Shown piece after piece: positions 28,796 to 38,248 of a stretch of DNA of 64,000 nucleotides. This DNA comes from Candidatus Heimdallarchaeota archaeon (GTDB lineage Archaea > Asgardarchaeota > Heimdallarchaeia > JABLTI01). The notes beneath the pieces were generated by a model. The model ran no database searches. It worked only from the letters and a program-made list of their open reading frames with translations, and was not told the DNA's origin. Positions within the stretch are counted from its first letter, which is position 1, and every line of letters starts with the position of its first letter. The position numbers and the translations under genes were made by a program. The stretch covers positions 128,001-192,000 of the forward strand of contig JABCTZ010000046.1 of assembly GCA_018238155.1 (NCBI GenBank), read 5' to 3'.

Positions 28796-30559
28796 CTATT
28801 GTAACAACTCAAAATATTTGGAGAATTTCAAGAGGTATTTAATACCACGAACCTTCAATTTACTCGTAATAATTGCTTTTACTGGATTAATTTTGCCTAA
28901 TCCAAATCCTAAGAACGTTGATTTTGTGGTTATAATAGAGCCATTACAATTTTTTTTCTCAACATTAATTTTTGCATGAGAATTTTCAATTTGAGTGAAA
29001 TGCACTCTTCCTTCAGCAAAAGATACTTTCATTGCATATGGGTCATCCTTTGCAACTAGTAATAAAGAATAATTATCATCTTTGAATTTAGTTGCAAATT
29101 CTTTATTGAGATTTAGAGACTTTAGCATAACATAAATTATTGCAGCAAATCCCTCATATTGTTTTACATCCTCATAAATTGGTATAACCATTTCCATTGA
29201 TTTCTTAAATCGTACAACAATTTCATCAATAATTTTTTCATCCATTGGTGTTGATAGAATAAAAGCTGTAACACCTCGAGATACAGTATACAGACCGTTT
29301 ATTGCCATCGCAACTTGCAAATATTTACCTAGTTCTAGGTATGGAATTGTATCAAATGACAACTTCTTTGCATTCACAGGTGATTCTTCTGTTAAGTGAA
29401 CATACACTAAAGATTGCATACAACCTACAGAACATTTAACGCCCAATGAATCCATTGCTTCTTTTAGTCCCTTTTGTAATCTTGTCCCTAATTCAGATAA
29501 TCTTTTTACCTCAGTTTCATCATATAACTCGAGAGCTATTTTGCCTGCGACCATTGTCATTGCATTTCCACTGAATGTTCCAGAATGAGTTATGAAATTT
29601 TTATTAATTGGATTAAATTGCTCTATTAATTCTCTTTTTCCACCAAAAGCTCCAACAGGGAATCCTCCACCAATGGTTTTTCCAAAAGCAGTAAGATCCG
29701 GAGTAACACCAACTAATTTTTGCATGCCACCTGTGGATAAACGATATGTAATTACTTCATCAAAAATCAATAAAATATCATATTTTGTGGTTAGTTTTCG
29801 CAGACCTTTGAGGTATTCTGTAGAAGCAACTATACCTCCTGCAGAACCCATTAAAGGTTCTAAAATCATAGCTGCAATTTCCTTGTTATGCTTTTTCATT
29901 ACCATTTCTGCTGCTGATAAATCATTGTAAGGGACAACAAAAACATCTTTGAGTAGCGTTTCGGGAACTCCTTTTTCAACTGTTGGTATTGGATTACCTT
30001 CTGAAAATAAATCTGAATTAATATTTACTTCAACATAATCATGAGAGCCATGATATCCCCCATCAATTTTTATTATTTTGTTCTTTTTTGTATAATAACG
30101 TGCGGCTCGTATAGCAAACATTGTTGCTTCTGTTCCTGAATTGCAAAATCTTATCTCTTCCACAGAGGGTGTTCTTTCACAAATAATTCTAGCAAGTTCA
30201 TATTGAACTTCCATTGGTGCAGCATGAGCGGTACCTTTTCTAGCTTGCTCTTCAATCTTCTCCACTATTTTTGGATGTGCATGTCCATGAATTAGAACAG
30301 TCATATTATTAAGGATGTCAATATAGCGATTGCCATCGACATCTTCTAAGTAACACCCTTCTCCTTTTGATATATAGAAAGGATATGGATAAAAATAAGC
30401 AATATTCCTTGTTCCTCCTCCAGGCAACCATTTTTGAGCCTTATTAAAATGTCTTTTCGATGAAGGTGTTTTTGCTTCATATTTTGCTATTATTTCATTT
30501 TTCACTTGTATTAAGTCCTTAGATGCCACTTGAGACCAATTCCCATAAATAAAAATCAA
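28796..30559 (-). CDS. Class III PLP aminotransferase (GSA-aminomutase-like) fused to a C-terminal SCP2 lipid-binding domain
   Basis: DVDGNRYID, FCNSGTEAT, GGYHG, FDEVITYR, FGKTIGGGFPVGA, HSGTFSGN. C-terminal GKINPVKAIITSKLKVRG is SCP2-like. Confidence 0.88.
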   Translation of the reverse strand: MIFIYGNWSQVASKDLIQVKNEIIAKYEAKTPSSKRHFNKAQKWLPGGGTRNIAYFYPYPFYISKGEGCYLEDVDGNRYIDILNNMTVLIHGHAHPKIVEKIEEQARKGTAHAAPMEVQYELARIICERTPSVEEIRFCNSGTEATMFAIRAARYYTKKNKIIKIDGGYHGSHDYVEVNINSDLFSEGNPIPTVEKGVPETLLKDVFVVPYNDLSAAEMVMKKHNKEIAAMILEPLMGSAGGIVASTEYLKGLRKLTTKYDILLIFDEVITYRLSTGGMQKLVGVTPDLTAFGKTIGGGFPVGAFGGKRELIEQFNPINKNFITHSGTFSGNAMTMVAGKIALELYDETEVKRLSELGTRLQKGLKEAMDSLGVKCSVGCMQSLVYVHLTEESPVNAKKLSFDTIPYLELGKYLQVAMAINGLYTVSRGVTAFILSTPMDEKIIDEIVVRFKKSMEMVIPIYEDVKQYEGFAAIIYVMLKSLNLNKEFATKFKDDNYSLLLVAKDDPYAMKVSFAEGRVHFTQIENSHAKINVEKKNCNGSIITTKSTFLGFGLGKINPVKAIITSKLKVRGIKYLLKFSKYFELLQ

Positions 30560-30651
30560 CTAAGATTTATGAAATAAGAGTATTAATATTAAACATACTT
30601 AAAAAAAGTTCTTGTTTTAACTTTGTAACTCAAACTATTTTGTACATCTTC

Positions 30652-32139
30652 TTAGTTAAGCAGAGTCCCCATTATACCTAAGGCAATTAAACTTGTTATT
30701 GAAGTAATTACTATTAAAGCCCCTTCAACACGATCGAAATGGTTGTCATCAATAATCGTTAGATGGAGAGATAACGAAAGAGCAAATATTCCTGCAAATA
30801 CTAGTGTCGTATCAAAAGCAACTGGAATTGCAACATTAATTATTGAAGCTAGTAGAAATGGAAAACCAAAGAGTAAAAAGAACGTTTGATTAATTGAGGA
30901 CACTTGATGAACTAATCCTATTTGTGTGTCTTCTTTATCAGAATCGAATAATGCTCTCATTGTAATGGTAGTTTCAGGTGCAGATGAGACGAACCCGACA
31001 ATGACACAATAAACCAGAATAGGCACATCAAAAGTTTCAATACTGGTTTCAATTGAATTGGATATGAGATTTCCACCGAGATAAATTCCCACTAAACCAA
31101 TTAAAAAGGCAATTATAAGTAAATATAAAGGAAATCTTCTAAGAGCTATAAATTGCTCTTTGTCTTCATCTTCATCATCATTTTTCTTAAAGATAGATTC
31201 TCTTATTTTTCTGAACGTGCTCTTCTCTTTCATAACATAGTCATTTTTAACTGAATCAAATACGGCTATTTCATCATTTTCATCTTCTGGGAAAAATTCT
31301 GTTATAAGTGTTTGTGGACCAACTCTTTCGGTTCGTTTTTGTTTGGTATCACCAATTAAAAACAAAATGAACATCAAATAGAATAACAAAAGAGCTACTC
31401 CAATAACGCCTTCAAATAAACGGTCAAATTGAGCTATTTCAATGGCATCATGTGTAAAACCAAAAGACATCATTATAAAAGAAAAGATTGTCATAGCTAG
31501 TACTAAGTTTGCTTCTGTTTGAGTTAATTCATTGGGTAATTTGAATGGTTTCTTTTTTGAAACAATAATCATTGTTACTCCAAGAACTAAAATATTAATT
31601 AGCACAGTGGTTAAGATGAATGTAATACTGGTTAGCGCCAATCTATTTGCTAACTCAACATTTCCCCCATCAGTGAGTTTTTTTGCTCTCATAAGTAGAA
31701 TTGATACGACAATAATATCACTTGAATCTGCACCTATTGCAGCAATTATTCCCATAAAATAATCTGACCAATCAAATTTCTTCCCAATACTCTTCACACC
31801 AAAAATAATTAGCTCTGAACAACCAAAGATAAATGCTAAACCGCCGGCAAAACCAACCAAAATAACCCATACAGGATAACTTGCTAAAACATTTGAATAA
31901 CTGATTATTAATAGAATAATGCCAATTATAACAGAGGGAATTGTTAATGGACTTATTTTTTCAAACAATTCACCTAAAGCTTCTTCTGCTTCTAATTGAT
32001 CTAAGTCAACCTCTTGAAATTCGATATTTGGTTTCGCCTTTTCAGCTTCAAAAACAATTTCTTTCAAATCAGAATTATCTTTTCCATCCTCAATCATAGA
32101 ATCTGAACCATTTTCTTCGGCAGTATAATTTTTATTCAA
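30652..32139 (-). CDS. Ca2+/cation antiporter (CaCA) superfamily-like membrane protein (paralog 2)
   Basis: AIGADSSDIIV and VSSAPETTI repeats; colinear with paralog 1. Confidence 0.75.
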   Translation of the reverse strand: MNKNYTAEENGSDSMIEDGKDNSDLKEIVFEAEKAKPNIEFQEVDLDQLEAEEALGELFEKISPLTIPSVIIGIILLIISYSNVLASYPVWVILVGFAGGLAFIFGCSELIIFGVKSIGKKFDWSDYFMGIIAAIGADSSDIIVVSILLMRAKKLTDGGNVELANRLALTSITFILTTVLINILVLGVTMIIVSKKKPFKLPNELTQTEANLVLAMTIFSFIMMSFGFTHDAIEIAQFDRLFEGVIGVALLLFYLMFILFLIGDTKQKRTERVGPQTLITEFFPEDENDEIAVFDSVKNDYVMKEKSTFRKIRESIFKKNDDEDEDKEQFIALRRFPLYLLIIAFLIGLVGIYLGGNLISNSIETSIETFDVPILVYCVIVGFVSSAPETTITMRALFDSDKEDTQIGLVHQVSSINQTFFLLFGFPFLLASIINVAIPVAFDTTLVFAGIFALSLSLHLTIIDDNHFDRVEGALIVITSITSLIALGIMGTLLN

Positions 32140-32311
32140 GTTCGAGTCAATGCCTCATTAAAACAATTTAACCTATTTTGTATTTATTAGGCTTAGCTCT
32201 TAAAGATTATTATATAGAAGAGTAAAAAAATTTCGTTTTATATTTTAGATTATTATCTCAATTCAATAAAAGACAAAAAACTGATATTAATTAAAGCTTT
32301 TAGTACTAATC

Positions 32312-33073
32312 ATGGTACCAAATACTAATCTTTCAAAATATGTTCCCTATGAATTACTCTTAGATATTAATTCAAAGAAACTTAGTAAAGCAGGCGATAT
32401 TGAATTAGATTTCGCTGTAAGAAAATTATTCGATATGAAAGAAGTTATTTACGATCAAAAATGGGTGAACCGACAAGAGAAAAATTTTGATTTATATTAT
32501 ATGTATCGAGATTTAACACGAACACAAGACAAGGAAATCTTCCAAGAAAACAATGTTCGATTTGATGTTACGGTCATACCTCCTCAAACTTTAGGAAGTG
32601 AATTTGTTAAAACCGCAGGTCATTTTCATCCCGATGCTAAAGAAGGAGTTGGTTTTCCTGAAGTGTATGAATTAATGTTTGGCGAAGGTATTTACCTTTT
32701 ACAAAAAGATTCCATTGAAAATAATATCATTGAAATCATGATTGTAAAAGCAAAAGCAGGTGACCAAATATTAATCCCTCCGGGATATGGACACATAACA
32801 ATAAACCCGTCAAAGACTGAAACGTTAGTTATGAATAATCTAGTAAGCTCTGCATTTAGCTCTATATACGGTTCAATAAAAGAAAAGCAAGGAGCAGCTT
32901 ATCTCTTATTGAATAATGGCAGTTGGATAAAAAACGATCAATATACTGAAGAAATAAATATTCTGAAGAGAGAACCGGAAAAAATAGTGAACAAGCCCTT
33001 TTACTTATCTTTTATAGAAAGCCCAGATAAGTGGATATATCTAAATGAACCTTGGACTAAAAAGAATTGGTAG
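32312..33073 (+). CDS. pgi: Cupin-type (archaeal) glucose-6-phosphate isomerase
   Basis: LYYMYRD, RFDVTVIPP, KTAGHFH, PEVYE, PPGYGHITIN. Confidence 0.88.
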   Translation: MVPNTNLSKYVPYELLLDINSKKLSKAGDIELDFAVRKLFDMKEVIYDQKWVNRQEKNFDLYYMYRDLTRTQDKEIFQENNVRFDVTVIPPQTLGSEFVKTAGHFHPDAKEGVGFPEVYELMFGEGIYLLQKDSIENNIIEIMIVKAKAGDQILIPPGYGHITINPSKTETLVMNNLVSSAFSSIYGSIKEKQGAAYLLLNNGSWIKNDQYTEEINILKREPEKIVNKPFYLSFIESPDKWIYLNEPWTKKNW

Positions 33074-33092
33074 ATGGTAGGGAAGGATTTCT

Positions 33093-34112
33093 TTGGTGAA
33101 TGAGTCAAAAGTAGAAAAAGAACTAATACTTGAAGTAAAAGATCTTCGAACTTATTTCTATGGTAGTGATGACGTTGTGTGGAAAATATTAGATGGAATC
33201 AATTTCAAATTGCACAGAGGTGAGACTTTAGGTATAATGGGTCCATCCGGAGTTGGCAAATCCGTTCTTGCTCATTCTATTTTAAAACTAATAAAATGGC
33301 CCGGAAAAATAGAAGGAGGGGAGATATTCTTCAAAGGCAAGAACCTCTTCAATTTGGAAGAAGAAGATTTTGATGATTTACGTGGCAGAGAGATTTGTTT
33401 AGTAATGCAAAATTCCAGTAACAGTTTGGATCCACTAAGAGATATGACTTATGCAACAAGCCAACCATATAAGGTTCATACTGAAGATGAACATGAGAAT
33501 ATTGAAATTAAGACTCTAGTTATAAGTCAATTAGGTAAAGTTTCTCTACCAGAACCTTCTCAAACATCTGATAAATTTACTCATCAGATGAGTGGAGGAG
33601 AAAACCAGAGAGTAAAAATCGCTACCGCTTTGATTAATAATCCGACACTATTAATTGCTGATGAACCAGTATCAAATTTGGATGCTACCGTTGCTGGAAT
33701 GATCATAGAGTTACTTTATGAAATGAAGGTAAAATTCAAACTAACAATGATTCTCATTACGCATAATCTTGGAGTAATTGCCCAACTTTCAGACAAAGTA
33801 GCGATGATGTATGCAGGTAAGATTATTGAAATAAGTGATGTTGAAACATTCTATCAGAATCCTAAGCATCCTTTTACTCAAGGATTGCTCTATGCTTCAC
33901 CTAGTATGGCTCCTCGAGGAAAATTGAAACCTATTCCAGGAGAAGAACCCGATCCTAGAAAATATCCAACTGGTTGTCATTTTCATCCTCGTTGTAAATA
34001 TGCTATTGTGAAATGTTCAATAGATGAACCAAGCTTAGAGGAATATGACAAAAATCACTTTGTAGCTTGTTGGCGAACAAAAGATATACCAAAATTTGAA
34101 GCTGATTTTTGA
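33093..34112 (+). CDS. Oligopeptide/dipeptide ABC transporter ATP-binding protein (OppD/DppD-like)
   Basis: GPSGVGKS, MSGGE, IADEP, NPKHPFTQGLL, GCHFHPRC...C...C tail. Confidence 0.92.
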   Translation: MVNESKVEKELILEVKDLRTYFYGSDDVVWKILDGINFKLHRGETLGIMGPSGVGKSVLAHSILKLIKWPGKIEGGEIFFKGKNLFNLEEEDFDDLRGREICLVMQNSSNSLDPLRDMTYATSQPYKVHTEDEHENIEIKTLVISQLGKVSLPEPSQTSDKFTHQMSGGENQRVKIATALINNPTLLIADEPVSNLDATVAGMIIELLYEMKVKFKLTMILITHNLGVIAQLSDKVAMMYAGKIIEISDVETFYQNPKHPFTQGLLYASPSMAPRGKLKPIPGEEPDPRKYPTGCHFHPRCKYAIVKCSIDEPSLEEYDKNHFVACWRTKDIPKFEADF

Positions 34113-34163
34113 ATTATTACATCAATTTTATAGTAATATAGATACTTATAGTCGCTGATGTAA

Positions 34164-34880
34164 ATGAAAGTATTCAAAAATGCTATAGAAAATTTTCTTT
34201 CGAAAGAAAAAATAGGTAGATGTGATTTCCACACACATTCTTTTTTCAGTGATGGTGTACTTCTTCCAATGGAGCTATTACGTCGAGCATTTATTTTTGG
34301 ACATGAAGCATATGCTATCACGGATCATGTAAGTGCATCAAATTTAGATATTATACCAAAATTAACCAAAGATTGTGAACTTGCAATAAAACATTGGGGA
34401 ATACTTGCATTACCTGGAGTGGAATTAACTCATGTCCCTGCAAATGCTATTGAAGAAGTGGCAGAACAAGCGAGAGAGATGGGTGCATTTGTAATCGTTG
34501 TTCATGGAGAAACAATCTCTGAACCAGTCGAACCAGGAACAAATTTGAATGCAGCAAAATTATCAAATGTTGATATTCTCGCCCATCCAGGATTACTCTC
34601 TAAAGAAGAAGCGAGACTATGTAAACAGAACAATGTCTTTGTTGAAATTACTACGAATCCTTCACACTCTATTACAAATGGACATATCGCAAAAGTAGGT
34701 CTAAAAGAGAAAGTAAGTTTCATCCAAAATACTGATACACACAAACCAACTAGCATGTTATCCTATTCTCAAGGAGAAGATGTACTTTTAGGAACAGGAT
34801 TTCATTCAGACATTGTTTCTAAGATACTACAAGATAATGTTCGATCTTTAATTACAAAAATAGAAGATAAAATGTTCTGA
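34164..34880 (+). CDS. PHP-domain phosphoesterase (archaeal histidinol-phosphatase-like family)
   Basis: DFHTHSFFSDG, ITDH, HGET, AHPG, NTDTH. Confidence 0.9.
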   Translation: MKVFKNAIENFLSKEKIGRCDFHTHSFFSDGVLLPMELLRRAFIFGHEAYAITDHVSASNLDIIPKLTKDCELAIKHWGILALPGVELTHVPANAIEEVAEQAREMGAFVIVVHGETISEPVEPGTNLNAAKLSNVDILAHPGLLSKEEARLCKQNNVFVEITTNPSHSITNGHIAKVGLKEKVSFIQNTDTHKPTSMLSYSQGEDVLLGTGFHSDIVSKILQDNVRSLITKIEDKMF

Positions 34881-34904
34881 AATTTGGAAGAGAAGAAGAA
34901 TTAG

Positions 34905-35188
34905 GGACGAGGAATTTAATCCCCGTCCGTTTAACGAGTGGGTGCCTTTGAAAAAAGTGTGACGAAGTTTTCCCCCCGCCTTGATATTATATTTCACTCG
35001 TTTCTTGGGAAACTCAAGATTTTTTTTATTGTGGAAGGGTTTTAAAGACATTCCTGCAAAAGGAATGTCCGCGTTTTTAAGATTCCCTTGTTTAATACCG
35101 AGGGATGAGGTATTTACAAGTATAACTATGTTGTGAATATTAAAAGGCGTTCTGGAAAATCGCACCCTACTATCTAGTAAAACCTTCC
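34905..35188 (+). ncRNA. Candidate structured non-coding RNA of unknown class
   Basis: Eight stems identifiable by eye, G-U pairs favouring the + strand, locally higher GC, no credible ORF. Details in findings. Confidence 0.55.
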
Positions 35189-35220
35189 GTATATTTATTA
35201 GCATTTGAAAAAAAATAGAT

Positions 35221-35258
35221 GAAAAGAAAGAGAGGTTGGATTTCTAGCTAGAAATCCA
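35221..35258 (-). terminator. Perfect 22-bp palindrome plus pyrimidine tract after 35267-36148
   Basis: TGGATTTCTAGCTAGAAATCCA (35237-35258), followed on the minus strand by ACCTCTCTTTCTTTTC. Confidence 0.55.
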
Positions 35259-35266
35259 TAAACTAT

Positions 35267-36148
35267 CTAATTTTGAGACGTTTTCTCAATTTGAGATGCT
35301 GTAGGATCTATCTCTTCTTTAGGTGACGTACCCAATAGAGTTAATTTCCAGAGCATTAATAGCAAACTAAACAGAATGAACCCACCAGCGAGAAGTGCCG
35401 AGAAAGTCCAAATATCGCCAGTTTTTTCGAAGAATGCTTTTTCAGTTACTTGTTTAATTAATGTACTCCATATTATTGGATAAATTACAAGTGGAAGTAT
35501 AAGTGAAACTATTGAAGCAGTAATCTTCGTCCTTTGTATGTATCTTAAAGCTAGATAATGTGCTCCAAGAAGGATTATAGCTGCTAAAATAAGGAAGAGT
35601 ATATTTACAGCAAAACTATTGAATGTTTCTGCACTACCATATTGAGGTAAATTGACAGGAGGAACCATTACATCATCAACTTCTATACCTGTTCCTGGTT
35701 TTAGATAAGTATGTCTATGTATGGGAATATCGTGAATTGCCGGATAGACTAGCAGATAGTTAACAATACCACTTACAACTGATACTGCACCAGCTGAACC
35801 CAACATTATTCCAAATCTTGCAAATGATTTCTTCTTTGGGTCTAGACCCATTGATGTACCAAAAATAACTTCAGCAATAAATATCAAAGTAATTTCGGTT
35901 GGTAATAAAAGAGCTATCATGGAAAACATCGCACCTATTCCAGGCTTAGTAGCATTTCCTAATGGTGGATCGATTACTTCATCAGCATTCGTATCAAGAT
36001 TGGCGTCTCCTTGTACATTGTTCAAGGTAGGTGAAATGAAATCAAGACCATTATTTGCTACAACATGAGAACATCCGACATTCCAAACAACTAAAAATGC
36101 TATTGCTACCACAAAAAAGATCGTTTTAGAGATTGTACTTTTTCGCAA
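35267..36148 (-). CDS. Hypothetical multi-pass membrane protein with a signal peptide
   Basis: N-terminal hydrophobic signal and about 5 TMs; no recognised motif. Confidence 0.7.
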   Translation of the reverse strand: MRKSTISKTIFFVVAIAFLVVWNVGCSHVVANNGLDFISPTLNNVQGDANLDTNADEVIDPPLGNATKPGIGAMFSMIALLLPTEITLIFIAEVIFGTSMGLDPKKKSFARFGIMLGSAGAVSVVSGIVNYLLVYPAIHDIPIHRHTYLKPGTGIEVDDVMVPPVNLPQYGSAETFNSFAVNILFLILAAIILLGAHYLALRYIQRTKITASIVSLILPLVIYPIIWSTLIKQVTEKAFFEKTGDIWTFSALLAGGFILFSLLLMLWKLTLLGTSPKEEIDPTASQIEKTSQN

Positions 36149-36438
36149 CTTACTGTCCTTCCTATCTTTATTGATTATTTACTTTTACTAACTTATTTAG
36201 AGTTTACGATAATAATGCTGATTTATACCTTTTTCAAAGATTATAAGGTTATTTAATTAACTAATAATTAAAGTTATTTCAAATTATGGTTCATAGGTCT
36301 TTTGTAAGAGTGGAAAATTAATTGTTATCTAAAATGATAACTCTGGTCCTCTTATTCTCAACCAATCTCTTCTTTTTTGAAAGTCTGGACAAAAAACAGC
36401 TACTTCTTTCCAAAAGTTCTCTGAATGATTAGGATATT

Positions 36439-37005
36439 TTAGCATTGCAAATAATTCAGCAATTGCTTCACTAATTGTGCTGTTGCACCCCAAATTGTTC
36501 TTTCATTGTAATAGAAATACCACGTTTCAACTTCTTCATCATCGTCTATTAAGACTATTTTCTTCTCCCATTTCGAAGATTTACAAAGTTCGCTTAAAGG
36601 TACTTCAATAATTTCATCTACTTCCTCTTCATTTCTGATTATGGTAAACGGATAGTCTAACTTAGCAACAAAAGTAGAAAGAAGAATATTTGAGCTAGTT
36701 GTTTTTGTTTGATTCAATTCACCAATAATTTCAAACTTTGATGGTAAAATGCCTATTTCTTCTTCTGCTTCACGGAGAGCACATTGCAATAAGGAATCAT
36801 CGTCTTCATCTTTTTTTCCTCCAGGAAATGAAATTTGTCCTTTGTGTGTTCTCAATCCTTCTGTTCTTTTAGTAAAAAGCATATACAACCAGTTGTCTTT
36901 TTCAAAGATTGGCATAATAACTGCACCTCTTTTAGATCCATCATCAGCTAATTTTAATGGTTTTCTTTCTGAAAGAGAAGTAATTATATCACTGAAAGTA
37001 ATCAT
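36439..37005 (-). CDS. Nudix CoA pyrophosphatase (NudL/PCD1-like)
   Basis: LFTKRTEGLRTHKGQISFPGG, ALREAEEEIG, IWGATA. Confidence 0.92.
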   Translation of the reverse strand: MITFSDIITSLSERKPLKLADDGSKRGAVIMPIFEKDNWLYMLFTKRTEGLRTHKGQISFPGGKKDEDDDSLLQCALREAEEEIGILPSKFEIIGELNQTKTTSSNILLSTFVAKLDYPFTIIRNEEEVDEIIEVPLSELCKSSKWEKKIVLIDDDEEVETWYFYYNERTIWGATAQLVKQLLNYLQC

Positions 37006-37214
37006 TTCAATTCATCTTTAATGCAGAATAATAAGTTTCTAAACAGTAGTGATATTTATGTGAACTAATTTTTAAACTTTACAACACAAACAATTATTTT
37101 CCGCTTTAAAAAGAATAATTAAAACTACATACAAGCATTAATTAGAGAAACAACTTCAGACAATTACCAGCAAAGAGACTAGTTTGAAAAAATATCGGAG
37201 ATATCGATTTCATA

Positions 37215-38228
37215 ATGCAAAGTAATTCTACCAATTTCTATGATTTACTGCAAGATGGAATAAAAGCTCTTAATGACGAGAAATATGAACAAGCTCAAAA
37301 GTTTCTCGAAAAAGCGATTGACCTAGATCCCCTTTCAGTAAGTTGTTTGTACAATTTAGCGGTAGTATACTCAAATTTGGAACAATTTGAACGAGCGATT
37401 CAGAGTTACAAAAAGATCGTTGATTTAGAAGAAACGCCTACAAATCTATACAATCTTGCTTGCGAATATTATAATAACGATGCTTTTGAGAAAGCAATTC
37501 ACTACTATCAGCTAACAATAAATTTGGACCCCGAATACGTTCAAGCATTTGATGGGTTAGGAAGTAGTTACGGATGTATTGAAGAATTCGATAAAGCGAT
37601 TGAAAGTTATCGTAAAGCAATTGAAATGGAAGGAAACAATGCAGGATATCATAATAATTTAGGATGGGCATATGAACTTGCAGGAGAATATGAAATTGCC
37701 ATTATGTATTTTAAAAAAGCACTAGAAATTGATATTATGTTTGTAGATGCGTTACATAATCTTGGCTATGCATACTATTTTCTCAGAGAATATGAAAAAG
37801 CAGTTGATACTTTAGAAAAAGCAATAGAACTTGGAACGTTAAATACTGATACCTATATTAGTTTAGCATATGCATTTGAAGAATTAAAAGAAAACGAAAA
37901 AGCATGTGAAAGCTACCAACAAGCAGTAGAAGTAGACCCGAAAAATAATGAGACAAGATTTCTTTATGCAGAAGCATTACATCAAATTGGAAATTTAGAG
38001 AAAGCAATAGAACAATTAGAAATTATAACCAAAGAAGAACCGGAAAATCTTGATGCATGGAGAGAATTGGGTATTTGTTTTGATTCTATTAAGGAATATG
38101 AAAAAGCAAGTAGCTGCTTCAAAAAAGTGATAAATATAACAAATGGCTCTAGTAAAAAAACGCAAATACATATCAGAAAGAGCCAGATAAAAAAGAAAAA
38201 AAATAAGGATGAAAATCTCACAGAGTGA
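37215..38228 (+). CDS. Tetratricopeptide repeat protein
   Basis: About 9 tandem 34-aa TPRs (NLG..Y...YEKAI..Y.KAIEL). Confidence 0.92.
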   Translation: MQSNSTNFYDLLQDGIKALNDEKYEQAQKFLEKAIDLDPLSVSCLYNLAVVYSNLEQFERAIQSYKKIVDLEETPTNLYNLACEYYNNDAFEKAIHYYQLTINLDPEYVQAFDGLGSSYGCIEEFDKAIESYRKAIEMEGNNAGYHNNLGWAYELAGEYEIAIMYFKKALEIDIMFVDALHNLGYAYYFLREYEKAVDTLEKAIELGTLNTDTYISLAYAFEELKENEKACESYQQAVEVDPKNNETRFLYAEALHQIGNLEKAIEQLEIITKEEPENLDAWRELGICFDSIKEYEKASSCFKKVINITNGSSKKTQIHIRKSQIKKKKNKDENLTE

Positions 38229-38248
38229 GACATTCAATTATTTATTGT

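Noticed and set aside
28796-30559. Calling this gene hemL
   Set aside because: The SCP2 fusion and absence of tetrapyrrole context make a true HemL doubtful.
34905-35188. RNase P RNA, SRP RNA or cobalamin riboswitch
   Set aside because: Only fragments resemble them (GAGGAA, GGAAGGG, GGTGC). I could not find the P1/P4 pairing of RNase P, the SRP helix 8 motif or a B12 box.
34848-35204. 118-aa minus-strand ORF over the structured region
   Set aside because: No recognisable motif, overlaps the PHP gene end, and the sequence is better explained by RNA stems.
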